Assembly (NCBI RefSeq): GCF_021246445.1
Contig: NZ_JAJQXW010000001.1
Coordinates: forward strand, 1,816,168 to 1,880,167
Reading direction: 5' to 3'
Length of the DNA: 64,000 nucleotides
Origin: Rhabdothermincola salaria
Lineage (GTDB): Bacteria; Actinomycetota; Acidimicrobiia; Acidimicrobiales; Acidimicrobilacustridaceae
Numbering within the stretch: position 1 is the stretch's first letter; each line of letters opens with the position of its first letter. Under the pieces are notes generated by a model. The model did no database searches and had not been told where the DNA came from. It saw only the letters and a program-made list of their open reading frames with translations. The translations under genes and the position numbers were made by a program. Shown in pieces: positions 56,041 through 64,000 of the stretch.

Positions 56041-57744
56041 TCAGCCGTCGGTCGTGAACAGCGGGTTGGGGCGGCCGGGCAGCTCACGGGGCTCGCCGGG
56101 GCCGCGGGCGATGACCGAGCACTCGAGGCCCTCGGGCGGGGCCACGAGGTCGACGAGGTAGTCGATGATGGCCACGTCGAGGCACGCTTCCGGCGGGCCG
56201 TCGCCGGCCAGCTCCAGCGGGAACGACCCGTGCACGGCGCCGTCGACCACGACCAGTCGGCCCTCGGGGAGGGCGGCGACCATGCGCTCGGCGGTGACCA
56301 GCGGCGTGGCGCCATCGTGGGTCGTGTTCACCACCACGATGAGCGGCAGCCCCTCGGCCGTGACCGCAGTGTTGGTGCCTGTCGGCGGGGTGGGCCAGGT
56401 GAGGCAGGTGGCGGCGGCTTCCACTGCGCCGGCACCGAAGCGGGGAGCCTCGGCCGCGACCCTCGCCTCGGCGGCCTCGAGCTGCTCGCGGGTCGGCGTG
56501 GGGTAGTCGGCGCAGTTGATGGCGTGGAACGACCCCTCGGCAGCCAGCGGGTTCACGATCGGCCGCTCGAAGCCGGGGTCGTCGGGGTCGTCGGCATCCT
56601 CGGGGTCCTCGGGACCGTCCCCGGCGAGCGGGAGGGCGCAGGCACCGGCCACGACCTCGAGCACCTCGTTCTGGGGCTTGTCGACGAATCCGGGTTCGGC
56701 GAGGGCGGCCAGGCAGTGGGCCAGGCCGTCGTAGGCGGGCTGACCCCGGTAGAAGATGGCGTTGGGCGCGGCGGTGAGCACCTCGGCGAACTGCTCCCCT
56801 TCGGCCGTGCCCGAGAGGAACTCGGCCCGGAGGGCTGCGAAGGCGCCGGCGGGGTCACCGCTGGAGTGGAAGGCACAGGCCGCGTCGGCGGCGCACTCGG
56901 CGAGGAAGCGGTCGAAGGCCTTCTCGCGGCCGATGGCCATCTCGACGAAGCGGTCGACCAGCGGGGCGGTGGGGTCGGCGGCGCCGTCGAGCACCATGGC
57001 CCGCACCCGGTCGGGGAAGAGGTCGGCGTAGCGGGCGCCCAGCAGGGTGCCGTAGGAGTAGCCGTAGTAGGTGATCTGCTCCTCGCCGAGGGCCTCGCGG
57101 ACGTGGTCGATGTCGCGGGCCACGTTGTCGGTGCCCACCGCACCGAGCAAGGCGCCGGTGTCGCGCAGGCAGGCGGAGGAGAAGACGGTGCTCTGCACCA
57201 GGAAGGCCTCGAACTCGTCGTCGGTGGGGGTGAGGTCGACGCCGTCGGGGACGGGGCCGCAGACGACCCTTCCGCTCTGGCCCACGCCGCGGGGGTCCAT
57301 GCCCACCACGTTGAAGCGGCTGGTGATGGCCTCGGGCAGGGTGCTCGCCCAGGCCTCGGTCTCGGGGACGGTCTCCCCGCCGGGGCCGCCGAAGTTCACG
57401 AACAGCGAGCCGATGGGGTCGGGCTCGGTGGCGGGCACGACCTCGACGGCCAGGCGCAGCGTCTCGCCGTCGGGGTCGTCGTAGTCGATGGGGGCCTCGA
57501 TGGTGGTGCAGACCACGTCGCCGGGATCGGGCTCGTCGTCGGGGTCCAGGCAGTCGGCCCACGAGAGCGAGGTGTCCGAGCCCGGAAGGGCGGCGACGGC
57601 GACGCTGTTGGCGCCACCAGTGCGGTTGCTGTCGCTGTTCTCGGACGTGGCGGTGTCGTCGGACGTGCACGAGGCGGCGAGCAGGGCGAGGGCGGCCAGG
57701 AGGAGCACCACCGCACTCGGTCGTGGTGCGCGGTGCTGTCGCAT
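56041..57744 (-). CDS. Lipoprotein alpha/beta-hydrolase, TAP/Hip1-like peptidase
   Basis: AASC lipobox, NFGGPG, DPRGVG, GYSYG, DGATP, VHG. Confidence 0.9.
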   Translation of the reverse strand: MRQHRAPRPSAVVLLLAALALLAASCTSDDTATSENSDSNRTGGANSVAVAALPGSDTSLSWADCLDPDDEPDPGDVVCTTIEAPIDYDDPDGETLRLAVEVVPATEPDPIGSLFVNFGGPGGETVPETEAWASTLPEAITSRFNVVGMDPRGVGQSGRVVCGPVPDGVDLTPTDDEFEAFLVQSTVFSSACLRDTGALLGAVGTDNVARDIDHVREALGEEQITYYGYSYGTLLGARYADLFPDRVRAMVLDGAADPTAPLVDRFVEMAIGREKAFDRFLAECAADAACAFHSSGDPAGAFAALRAEFLSGTAEGEQFAEVLTAAPNAIFYRGQPAYDGLAHCLAALAEPGFVDKPQNEVLEVVAGACALPLAGDGPEDPEDADDPDDPGFERPIVNPLAAEGSFHAINCADYPTPTREQLEAAEARVAAEAPRFGAGAVEAAATCLTWPTPPTGTNTAVTAEGLPLIVVVNTTHDGATPLVTAERMVAALPEGRLVVVDGAVHGSFPLELAGDGPPEACLDVAIIDYLVDLVAPPEGLECSVIARGPGEPRELPGRPNPLFTTDG

Positions 57745-57846
57745 GTGACGTCCTCGTCTCTCTGCCGCGGTCCCCCGCCGGGCAGGGCCAGGGTAGGTCG
57801 TGGCCGCGTGAGGTTCGGGCCCACCCTCTCGGAGGGGCGCCTGCGG

Positions 57847-59487
57847 TCAGACCGGGCGGGGGCGGAGGCCGAGGCGGTCGGCGAGGGGTTCGGGGCCGAC
57901 GACGACGAGCTCGGTGACGGCGCGGCTGACGCCGACGTAGAGGACCATGAGGTCGTCCTCGTCGTCGGGACCGGCGAGGATCAGGGTGTCGAACTCGAGG
58001 CCCTTGAGGCGGTGGACGTTCTCGCACACCACCTCGTCGGGGTCGAGGCGCTCGTCGTGGGCCACGAGGTCGAGGGCGCGACGCAGGGCCTGGCGCACGT
58101 CGGTGTGGAAGGTGCCCACGCAGATACCGGCGGGGTCGCGGCCCTCGTCGTCGATGAGGCGGCTGAGCTCGGCGCCGACGGCGGCGACCACGGCGTCGAG
58201 GTCCGCGGCGGGGCGCCAGTGCACCCCGAGGCCGTCGGGGCTGGCCGCCGGGGCGGGGGCGCCGCCGAGCTTGTAGCGCAGGATGCGGGCGATGGGCAGG
58301 GCGTTGCGGCAGTTGTTCAGCAGCTCGGCGCGCACCCAGCCGTCGTCGGGGTGGGGGATGACGAAGCCCCGGTCGAAGAGGGCTTGCTCCTCATCGGCGA
58401 GCAGCAGCATGCGGCGCCGGCCGTCGGGGTCGAGGAGGGCGGCCAGCTGGGCCAGCCAGGCGGGGCTGAAGTCCTGGGCCTCGTCGACGACGATCGTGTC
58501 GTAGGCGGCACCGACGAGGGGCCAGTGCTTGTGGAGGTGGCCGACGGCCACGTTGTCCCACCAGAAGGCGTCGGCGTCGTCGGGGATGGTGAGGCGGGGC
58601 ATGCCGGGCAGGCCGAGGGAGAAGCGCAGGAAGGCCCCGGTGTCGAGGTCCTCGACCGGTTCGCCGTCGGAGCCACACATCTCGTCGGCCATGCAGCGGG
58701 CGAGGGGTTCGTTGAAGCAGGTGAGCAGCACCCGGTCGCCCTCGTTCCACGCCCGCCAGGCCCAGCCGACGGCCAGGCGGGTCTTGCCGGTGCCGGCGCC
58801 GCCGGTGACGACCACCCGGCGGTTGGCCATGAGGGGGACGAGGGCACCGACCTGGGTCTCGCAGAGCTCACGGAGGCGTTCGCGGGTGGCGGTGGTGCGG
58901 GCTTCGGGGTCCCAGGCGAAGTCGACGTCGGGGCGCAGCAGGGCGACGATGCCCTCGAGCTGGGTTTGGGTGAGCGGCGTGGACCAGCGCCGCAGCAGGG
59001 CCAGGTGCTCGACGGCGTCGGTGACGGCACCGCCACCGGCCAGGTTCTCCGAGACGAGCACCTGGGCCGGGTCGACGTCGGTGGGGAGGTTGCCGTCGAC
59101 GGCGCGGGTGTTGGGCAGGGCGATGCCGTACTCGACCTCGAGGTGGTCGAGGCCGTCGACCTCCTTGCGGATGCGGCGGCGCAGGGCGTAGGCGTTGTCC
59201 TTGGCCTGGGCGACGGGCTGGGGCTTGAGGGGCGTGCCCTCCTGGCCGACCCACTGGCCCTGGCGGATGGCCATGCGGTGGCCCTTCACCTCCAGCAACA
59301 CGACGCCCATCTCGGGGTGGACGAGCACGATGTCGCTCTGGTGGTCCTTGGCTTTCGTGTGCAGGCCGACGTCGGGGATGACGAGCCAGCTGTCGAACAG
59401 GCCGTCAACGAGGGCTCGCACGACCACCCGCTCGGCGTCGTTGGCCAGCGTGTCGAGGTCGAAGTCCTCGGGGATCAGAGTGCCCAT
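57847..59487 (-). CDS. NERD nuclease fused to superfamily-1 helicase
   Basis: SDIVL..LLEVKG (PD-(D/E)xK), GGAGTGKT, VDEAQD, KGLEFD, LYVGVSRA. Confidence 0.9.
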   Translation of the reverse strand: MGTLIPEDFDLDTLANDAERVVVRALVDGLFDSWLVIPDVGLHTKAKDHQSDIVLVHPEMGVVLLEVKGHRMAIRQGQWVGQEGTPLKPQPVAQAKDNAYALRRRIRKEVDGLDHLEVEYGIALPNTRAVDGNLPTDVDPAQVLVSENLAGGGAVTDAVEHLALLRRWSTPLTQTQLEGIVALLRPDVDFAWDPEARTTATRERLRELCETQVGALVPLMANRRVVVTGGAGTGKTRLAVGWAWRAWNEGDRVLLTCFNEPLARCMADEMCGSDGEPVEDLDTGAFLRFSLGLPGMPRLTIPDDADAFWWDNVAVGHLHKHWPLVGAAYDTIVVDEAQDFSPAWLAQLAALLDPDGRRRMLLLADEEQALFDRGFVIPHPDDGWVRAELLNNCRNALPIARILRYKLGGAPAPAASPDGLGVHWRPAADLDAVVAAVGAELSRLIDDEGRDPAGICVGTFHTDVRQALRRALDLVAHDERLDPDEVVCENVHRLKGLEFDTLILAGPDDEDDLMVLYVGVSRAVTELVVVGPEPLADRLGLRPRPV

Positions 59488-59665
59488 CGTGGTGACTGCC
59501 CTTCTCGACTGCCGGTGGCCGTCGCTCCGCCGCTTTCCGTCCTCGCCGCTGGTCCAGGGCGGGGCGTCAGCGAGCCTGCCACGCCCAACGACCGCAGGGG
59601 GCGACCGCTCGCGCCGGGCACCAAGCTGTCCTCCCTCCGTCGAAGCGGTCGGATCCCTCGCGGAC

Positions 59666-60433
59666 TCAATCCGGCTGCAGCCAGGGGCTGAGGTCGTGGT
59701 CGGTGGTGAGCTCGTCGTCCTCGAGGGGTCGCCACGACTCGTCGTCGATCCGGATGATCGGTGAGGGTCCGGTGCTCGCGAGGCCGTTGCCGTGGATGGC
59801 CGCCAGCTCGACGAGCCGGACCGGCACGGGTTCGGACTCCAGGTAGATCGCGCCCTCGGGCTGGGCCCAGGTGGTCCCGTCCGGGTGGAGGAGCTTGCCG
59901 ACGTCGGGGAGGTCGCCCATGCCGCTGGCGAACCAGAAGGCCCACTCCACCGGCACCTCCCTGGTCAGATGAGCGAGAGCGCGCTCGATGGCATCGTCGT
60001 CGCGGGTGACGCCGAGCCGTAGCGCCGGCCGAGTCCGACCGGTGGCGCGCACCAGGGCCATCGACCACTCCGTCGGGCCGTCGCCGCGGCGTGCGCTCGA
60101 GTCGACAAGAGCGCGGACCGCCACGACGGCTCGTCCGAGGTCCTCGTCGTCGACGACCACGACGAGGCCGCCGTCCACCTGACCGGTGACGAACATGCCC
60201 ATTCGAGAGAGCCCGGCCTGATCCCGGGCGGCAAAGCCACGTTGGCCCCGGTCGATGGTCAGCCAGTCCGTCGAGCACCAACGGGCGCCGCGGGTGAGGT
60301 CGGGATCCGGTCGATAGGGCACGCGATGGCCGTTGAACCGGGAGTGGCGTTGGCCGGCGGCGACGTAGCCGAGGACGGTGTTGCAGCCGAACACCCACTC
60401 GATCTCGGGGGCGTTGGACTCGTGGGGGTGCAT
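59666..60433 (-). CDS. Hypothetical protein
   Basis: Protein-like frame with RBS ggagga before ATG 60433; no family recognised. Confidence 0.55.
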   Translation of the reverse strand: MHPHESNAPEIEWVFGCNTVLGYVAAGQRHSRFNGHRVPYRPDPDLTRGARWCSTDWLTIDRGQRGFAARDQAGLSRMGMFVTGQVDGGLVVVVDDEDLGRAVVAVRALVDSSARRGDGPTEWSMALVRATGRTRPALRLGVTRDDDAIERALAHLTREVPVEWAFWFASGMGDLPDVGKLLHPDGTTWAQPEGAIYLESEPVPVRLVELAAIHGNGLASTGPSPIIRIDDESWRPLEDDELTTDHDLSPWLQPD

Positions 60434-60626
60434 CGGGTGTCCTCCTCCGGGACACCGCCGAGGCGTCCCACCTTTGCCGTGTGGATGGGGCCGGCTCTTC
60501 CCTCGGGGCACCGCTGGTGGACGGTTGCCGGGACGACGGGCCGAGTACCCGAGTCGTCGTCCGCTCTTGAGCCACTTCTCACCCTACGCAGGGGGTGAGA
60601 CAGCGCCCGTGGGGGCCGCCGATCCG

Positions 60627-60930
60627 TCACTCACACGCAACGACCGGTCGGAACTGGACCGGGTTCGCCACGAGGCTCTTGACGACACCGATGGGGATCA
60701 CCAGCGAGTACCCCGTTTCCGTCTCGATGGCGAACACGACACCAACCACGTCTCCGTTCGCGTCGAGGAGCGGACCGCCCGAGTTGCCCGGCTCGACTCG
60801 GGCGGTGGTGCGCATCACTCGGAACTACGGGGTTGGACGGCCTGCGTCGGCGACGCCGCGTACTCTGACGGCGCGGGGTCGTTGTCACACGTCGACGACC
60901 AAAGCAGCTGACGGCGGTCAGCTCCCAGTG
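60627..60930 (-). pseudogene. Remnant of a trypsin-like (S1C) serine protease
   Basis: VEPGNSGGPLLDANGDVVGVVFA preserved; in-frame TAG at 60825-60827; no His/Asp half upstream; left boundary approximate. Confidence 0.7.
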
Positions 60931-60962
60931 TCGTCGTCGGGCGACAGAAGGCGGAAGACAAC

Positions 60963-61655
60963 ATGAGCGACACACCACCCCCGGCGGACGGATGGCGGCA
61001 AGGCCCCGACGGCAAGTGGTACGGACCTGACGACGAGGTACCCGTTGCCGCATCGCAGCGGATGCCCCCCGCCGAGGCGCCAGACGCGGAGGGCCACCTC
61101 TCGCCGCCGGCGATCAACCAGGCCGACGAGACACGCCGACGACCTCTCGTCATCGGTGGCATCGTGGCCGCAGCGGTCGTCAGCTTGGGCGCCTTGGCCC
61201 TCGCCCTCGTTGTGGCCAGCGAAGACGACGGGCTGACCCTGACGGGCGAGTTCGCCTTGTCGGACACGGACAGCATCCGGGGAGGTCCCGAGACCTGTAG
61301 CGGCACCGGGGGCTACTCGGACTTCGGGCCCGGGATGAACGTGACCGTCCGCAACGGTTCCGGCGAGATCGTCGCCTCAGGAACCAGCGCCAACATCGTC
61401 ATCGACGAGTACTTCGGCGACAACGCCACCGAGGAAAGGGGCGACGGACGCAGCGATGACGACAGCGACGACATGTCCCCCGAGGAGCTGGCGGACCTGA
61501 TGTTCGAGTTCCTTGGCTGCACGGTCGTGTTCGAGGTCGACGTGCCGAGCGAAGACTTCTACGTGATCGAGGTCGGGCGGCGCGGTGAGCTGAGCTACAG
61601 CCGGACCGAACTCGAAGAGCGAAACTGGAACGTGTCGCTCAGTCTGGGAGACTGA
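60963..61655 (+). CDS. Single-TM hypothetical protein with DUF2510-like N-terminus
   Basis: GWRQGPDGKWYGP, one TM, CSGTGGYSD..GC..FYVIEVGRRG extracellular domain. Confidence 0.7.
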   Translation: MSDTPPPADGWRQGPDGKWYGPDDEVPVAASQRMPPAEAPDAEGHLSPPAINQADETRRRPLVIGGIVAAAVVSLGALALALVVASEDDGLTLTGEFALSDTDSIRGGPETCSGTGGYSDFGPGMNVTVRNGSGEIVASGTSANIVIDEYFGDNATEERGDGRSDDDSDDMSPEELADLMFEFLGCTVVFEVDVPSEDFYVIEVGRRGELSYSRTELEERNWNVSLSLGD

Positions 61656-61834
61656 ACCGAGACGACGCCAAGCACGTGGACGCTTCGCGCCGCCACCAGG
61701 CGGAACCAGTCGCGGAACGAACGCAGGGCGGCCGATGGGGCTCGTCGAACGCTCCGCACCTGGCAACCACGGTCCCTGCGCTGACCGCCTGGTCCGGGCT
61801 CCTCGGTGTCCCAACCTGCGGCGACAATGGCTCC

Positions 61835-63292
61835 ATGAGTCGAATCGAAGGCCACAGCCGCGAAGACCGTTCCATCGGCGCGCTTCTGGGCCTCGCCGCC
61901 GGTGATGCGGTGGGCACGACCGTCGAGTTCCGGGCCCCCGGGAGCTTCGCGCCACTTACGGACATGGTCGGCGGCGGGCCGTTCCGGCTCCAGCTAGGTG
62001 AGTGGACCGACGACACCTCCATGGCGCTGTGCATGGCCGAGTCGCTCGTCGACTGCGACGAGCTCGACCTCGCCGACCACCTCCGGCGCTACGTGCTCTG
62101 GCGAGACCAGGGGTATCTGGCGTCCAACGGTCGCTGCTTCGACATCGGCGGCACCGTCGCCGGCCAGCTTCGCCGCTTCGAGCGCACCGGCGAGGCTGTC
62201 GACCCCCAGCCTGACGAGGACGCCGCTGCCAACGGCTCTCTCATGCGACTGGCACCGGTCCCGATCCGCTGGCACACCGACATCGCCGAGGCCGCCGAAC
62301 GCTCCGGGGAGTCGAGCCGGTCCACGCACGCCGCAACCCGCCCCGTCGACGCCTGCCGGGTGCTGGGCGCCATGACGGCCGCTCTCATCGGAGGGATGCC
62401 GGCCGAGGAGGTCCTCGACCCCGACTTCTGGTCGTGGGGTCCATTGCACCCGGAGATCGAGGCCGTGGCCCGTGGGTCGTGGCGGGACCGGCAGCCTCCG
62501 CAGATCCGAGGCACCGGGTACTGCGTCGACGCCCTCGAGGCGGCCATCTGGGCCGTGGCCGGCGCGCAGGACTTCGCCGACGCCGTGTTGCGGGCGGCAA
62601 ACCTCGGCGACGACGCCGACACCACCGCCGCCATCGCCGGCCAGCTCGCCGGTGCCCGCTGGGGAGCATCCGGGATCCCCGCCGACTGGCGAGACGTACT
62701 GGCGCTCGGCAGCCGCATCACCGAGCTGGGCCGGCAGCTCCACGCCCGGGGAGCCGGGGCGACTCCGCCCGTGCCGTGGGCGCACGACGACCACCACCAC
62801 GCCTGGTGGGTCGAACCGGGTGCCGTCCTCGCCGGCGAGTACCCCGCCACCCGTCGCGGGCCGGTCGCCACCCGGGCCAAGGTCGACCTGCTGGTCGATG
62901 CCGGCGTGCACACCTTCATCGACCTCACCACACCGGAAGACCAGCTGACCCTGTACGCCCCGGTGCTCGCCGAGGTGGGCACCGCTCGCGGCCTCGACCT
63001 CGAGCACGTCCCGGTCCCCATCCCCGACCTCGACATCACCACCGACGCCGAGTACGACCGTCTGGTCCAGCTGATCGGCATCCATCGCGAGCGCGGCGTG
63101 GTGTACGTGCACTGCTGGGGCGGCATCGGCCGCACCGGCACCGTCATCGGCTGCCTGCTCGCCGACCAGGGCCACGACTTCGACTCGATCACCACCCGCC
63201 TGAGTGACATGCGCGCCGGAACCCGCAAGGCCCATCGACCCGCGCCCGAGACCGCCGAACAGGTCGACGTGCTGCGGCGGCGAGGCCGGTAG
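61835..63292 (+). CDS. ADP-ribosylglycohydrolase fused to a C-terminal protein-tyrosine/dual-specificity phosphatase
   Basis: GDAVG, WTDDTSMA, ANGSLMR, NLGDDADTTAA; then PIPD and HCWGGIGRTG (CX5R), PETAEQ. Confidence 0.92.
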   Translation: MSRIEGHSREDRSIGALLGLAAGDAVGTTVEFRAPGSFAPLTDMVGGGPFRLQLGEWTDDTSMALCMAESLVDCDELDLADHLRRYVLWRDQGYLASNGRCFDIGGTVAGQLRRFERTGEAVDPQPDEDAAANGSLMRLAPVPIRWHTDIAEAAERSGESSRSTHAATRPVDACRVLGAMTAALIGGMPAEEVLDPDFWSWGPLHPEIEAVARGSWRDRQPPQIRGTGYCVDALEAAIWAVAGAQDFADAVLRAANLGDDADTTAAIAGQLAGARWGASGIPADWRDVLALGSRITELGRQLHARGAGATPPVPWAHDDHHHAWWVEPGAVLAGEYPATRRGPVATRAKVDLLVDAGVHTFIDLTTPEDQLTLYAPVLAEVGTARGLDLEHVPVPIPDLDITTDAEYDRLVQLIGIHRERGVVYVHCWGGIGRTGTVIGCLLADQGHDFDSITTRLSDMRAGTRKAHRPAPETAEQVDVLRRRGR

Positions 63293-63310
63293 CAACGCTG
63301 GTCAAGCCGG

Positions 63311-63961
63311 TCAGTTGAAGAAGTTGTCGACGCTCGTGACGTCGCACACCAGCTCGACGTCCTCTTCGATGTTCGTCGTGACATCCCATCGGGCAGTGTC
63401 CCCAGGTGCCAGGTCGAAGACGATGTCCGCCAGGTCCTCGATGAGCACATCATCAGAGGCGTCGCGGAACTCGACGTCGATGGTGAAGTTCTTCTCCGAA
63501 CCCGAGGTGTTCGCGATCGTGCCCTCGAAGGTCACGAAGCCGAACTGGTCGGTCGCGCAGCTCGACCCATCGATGGTCAGCTCATAGGTGTCCGAATCGG
63601 CTTGCCCACCGAGGTCGTCGACGGCTTCGTCGGCGGCGAAGATGAAGAGCACCGCGATCAGGACTGCGCCGATCGACCCGATGACGCCGAGCACGATCCC
63701 GGCGATGCTCATGCCCTTGCCGACGCCGATCTCCTTGGCCCGGTTGAGGCCGACGAACCCGAAGACGATGGCGAGGATGCCGGCGATCGGGCCCAGGCAG
63801 AAGAACGTCAGGATCCCGAACACCAAAGAGGCGACCGCCATGCCGTTGGACTGGCCCTTCGGTGGCGGCCCTCCCGGCGGCGTCGAGCCGTACGGGGACG
63901 GAGGTGGTGGACCAGCCGGAGGCGGTCCGCCGAAACCCGGAGGTGGTGGTGGATTCGTCAC
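63311..63961 (-). CDS. DUF4190 membrane protein with C-terminal Ig-like (FxLYD-like) domain
   Basis: Pro-rich N-terminus, NGMAVASLVFGI..GKGMSIAG, GTIANTS..VEFRD..LAPGDTARW. Confidence 0.8.
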   Translation of the reverse strand: MTNPPPPPGFGGPPPAGPPPPSPYGSTPPGGPPPKGQSNGMAVASLVFGILTFFCLGPIAGILAIVFGFVGLNRAKEIGVGKGMSIAGIVLGVIGSIGAVLIAVLFIFAADEAVDDLGGQADSDTYELTIDGSSCATDQFGFVTFEGTIANTSGSEKNFTIDVEFRDASDDVLIEDLADIVFDLAPGDTARWDVTTNIEEDVELVCDVTSVDNFFN

Positions 63962-64000
63962 TTCTGGTTCTCCCCTGTCGATCTTGCGATCGTGCCCGAG

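Noticed and set aside
2274..59691. Many long alternative-frame ORFs (e.g. 4368-7208, 29544-32378, 56230-59691)
   Set aside because: Arg/Pro/Gly-rich or antisense shadows of real genes, expected at this GC content

Overview
64-kb window from a very high-GC actinobacterium; gene content and style suggest Acidimicrobiia (inference). It holds about 62 CDS; I saw no rRNA, tRNA or CRISPR array. Most genes are routine: murT-gatD, prpE, acyl-CoA carboxylase beta, SDRs, amidase, bfd-bfr, MMPL/TetR, aldehyde dehydrogenase, three sulfotransferases and hydrolases. The standout is a minus-strand mau-like operon at 7.3-12.2 kb: MauE-like, then a Tat-exported 26-Cys MauA (methylamine dehydrogenase light chain)-like domain fused to five ~100-aa surface repeats, then a MauD-like CxxC thioredoxin, a MauF-like membrane protein and a hypothetical. 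No MauB or MauG partner is in the window. The MauF-like gene has an in-frame TGA (8471-8473) exactly where MauF has the Cys of STWSPCG, followed by SECIS-like hairpins, so it is a candidate selenoprotein that the ORF track truncates. Also notable: a heliorhodopsin, a PTOX/AOX-like diiron oxidase, a Gly-rich secreted protein ending in PRFTG, a DUF222-HNH gene with an SOS-like box, and a 3' accessory block (NERD-helicase, decayed protease, ADP-ribosylhydrolase-phosphatase fusion). Family assignments come from motifs recalled from knowledge, not from database searches.
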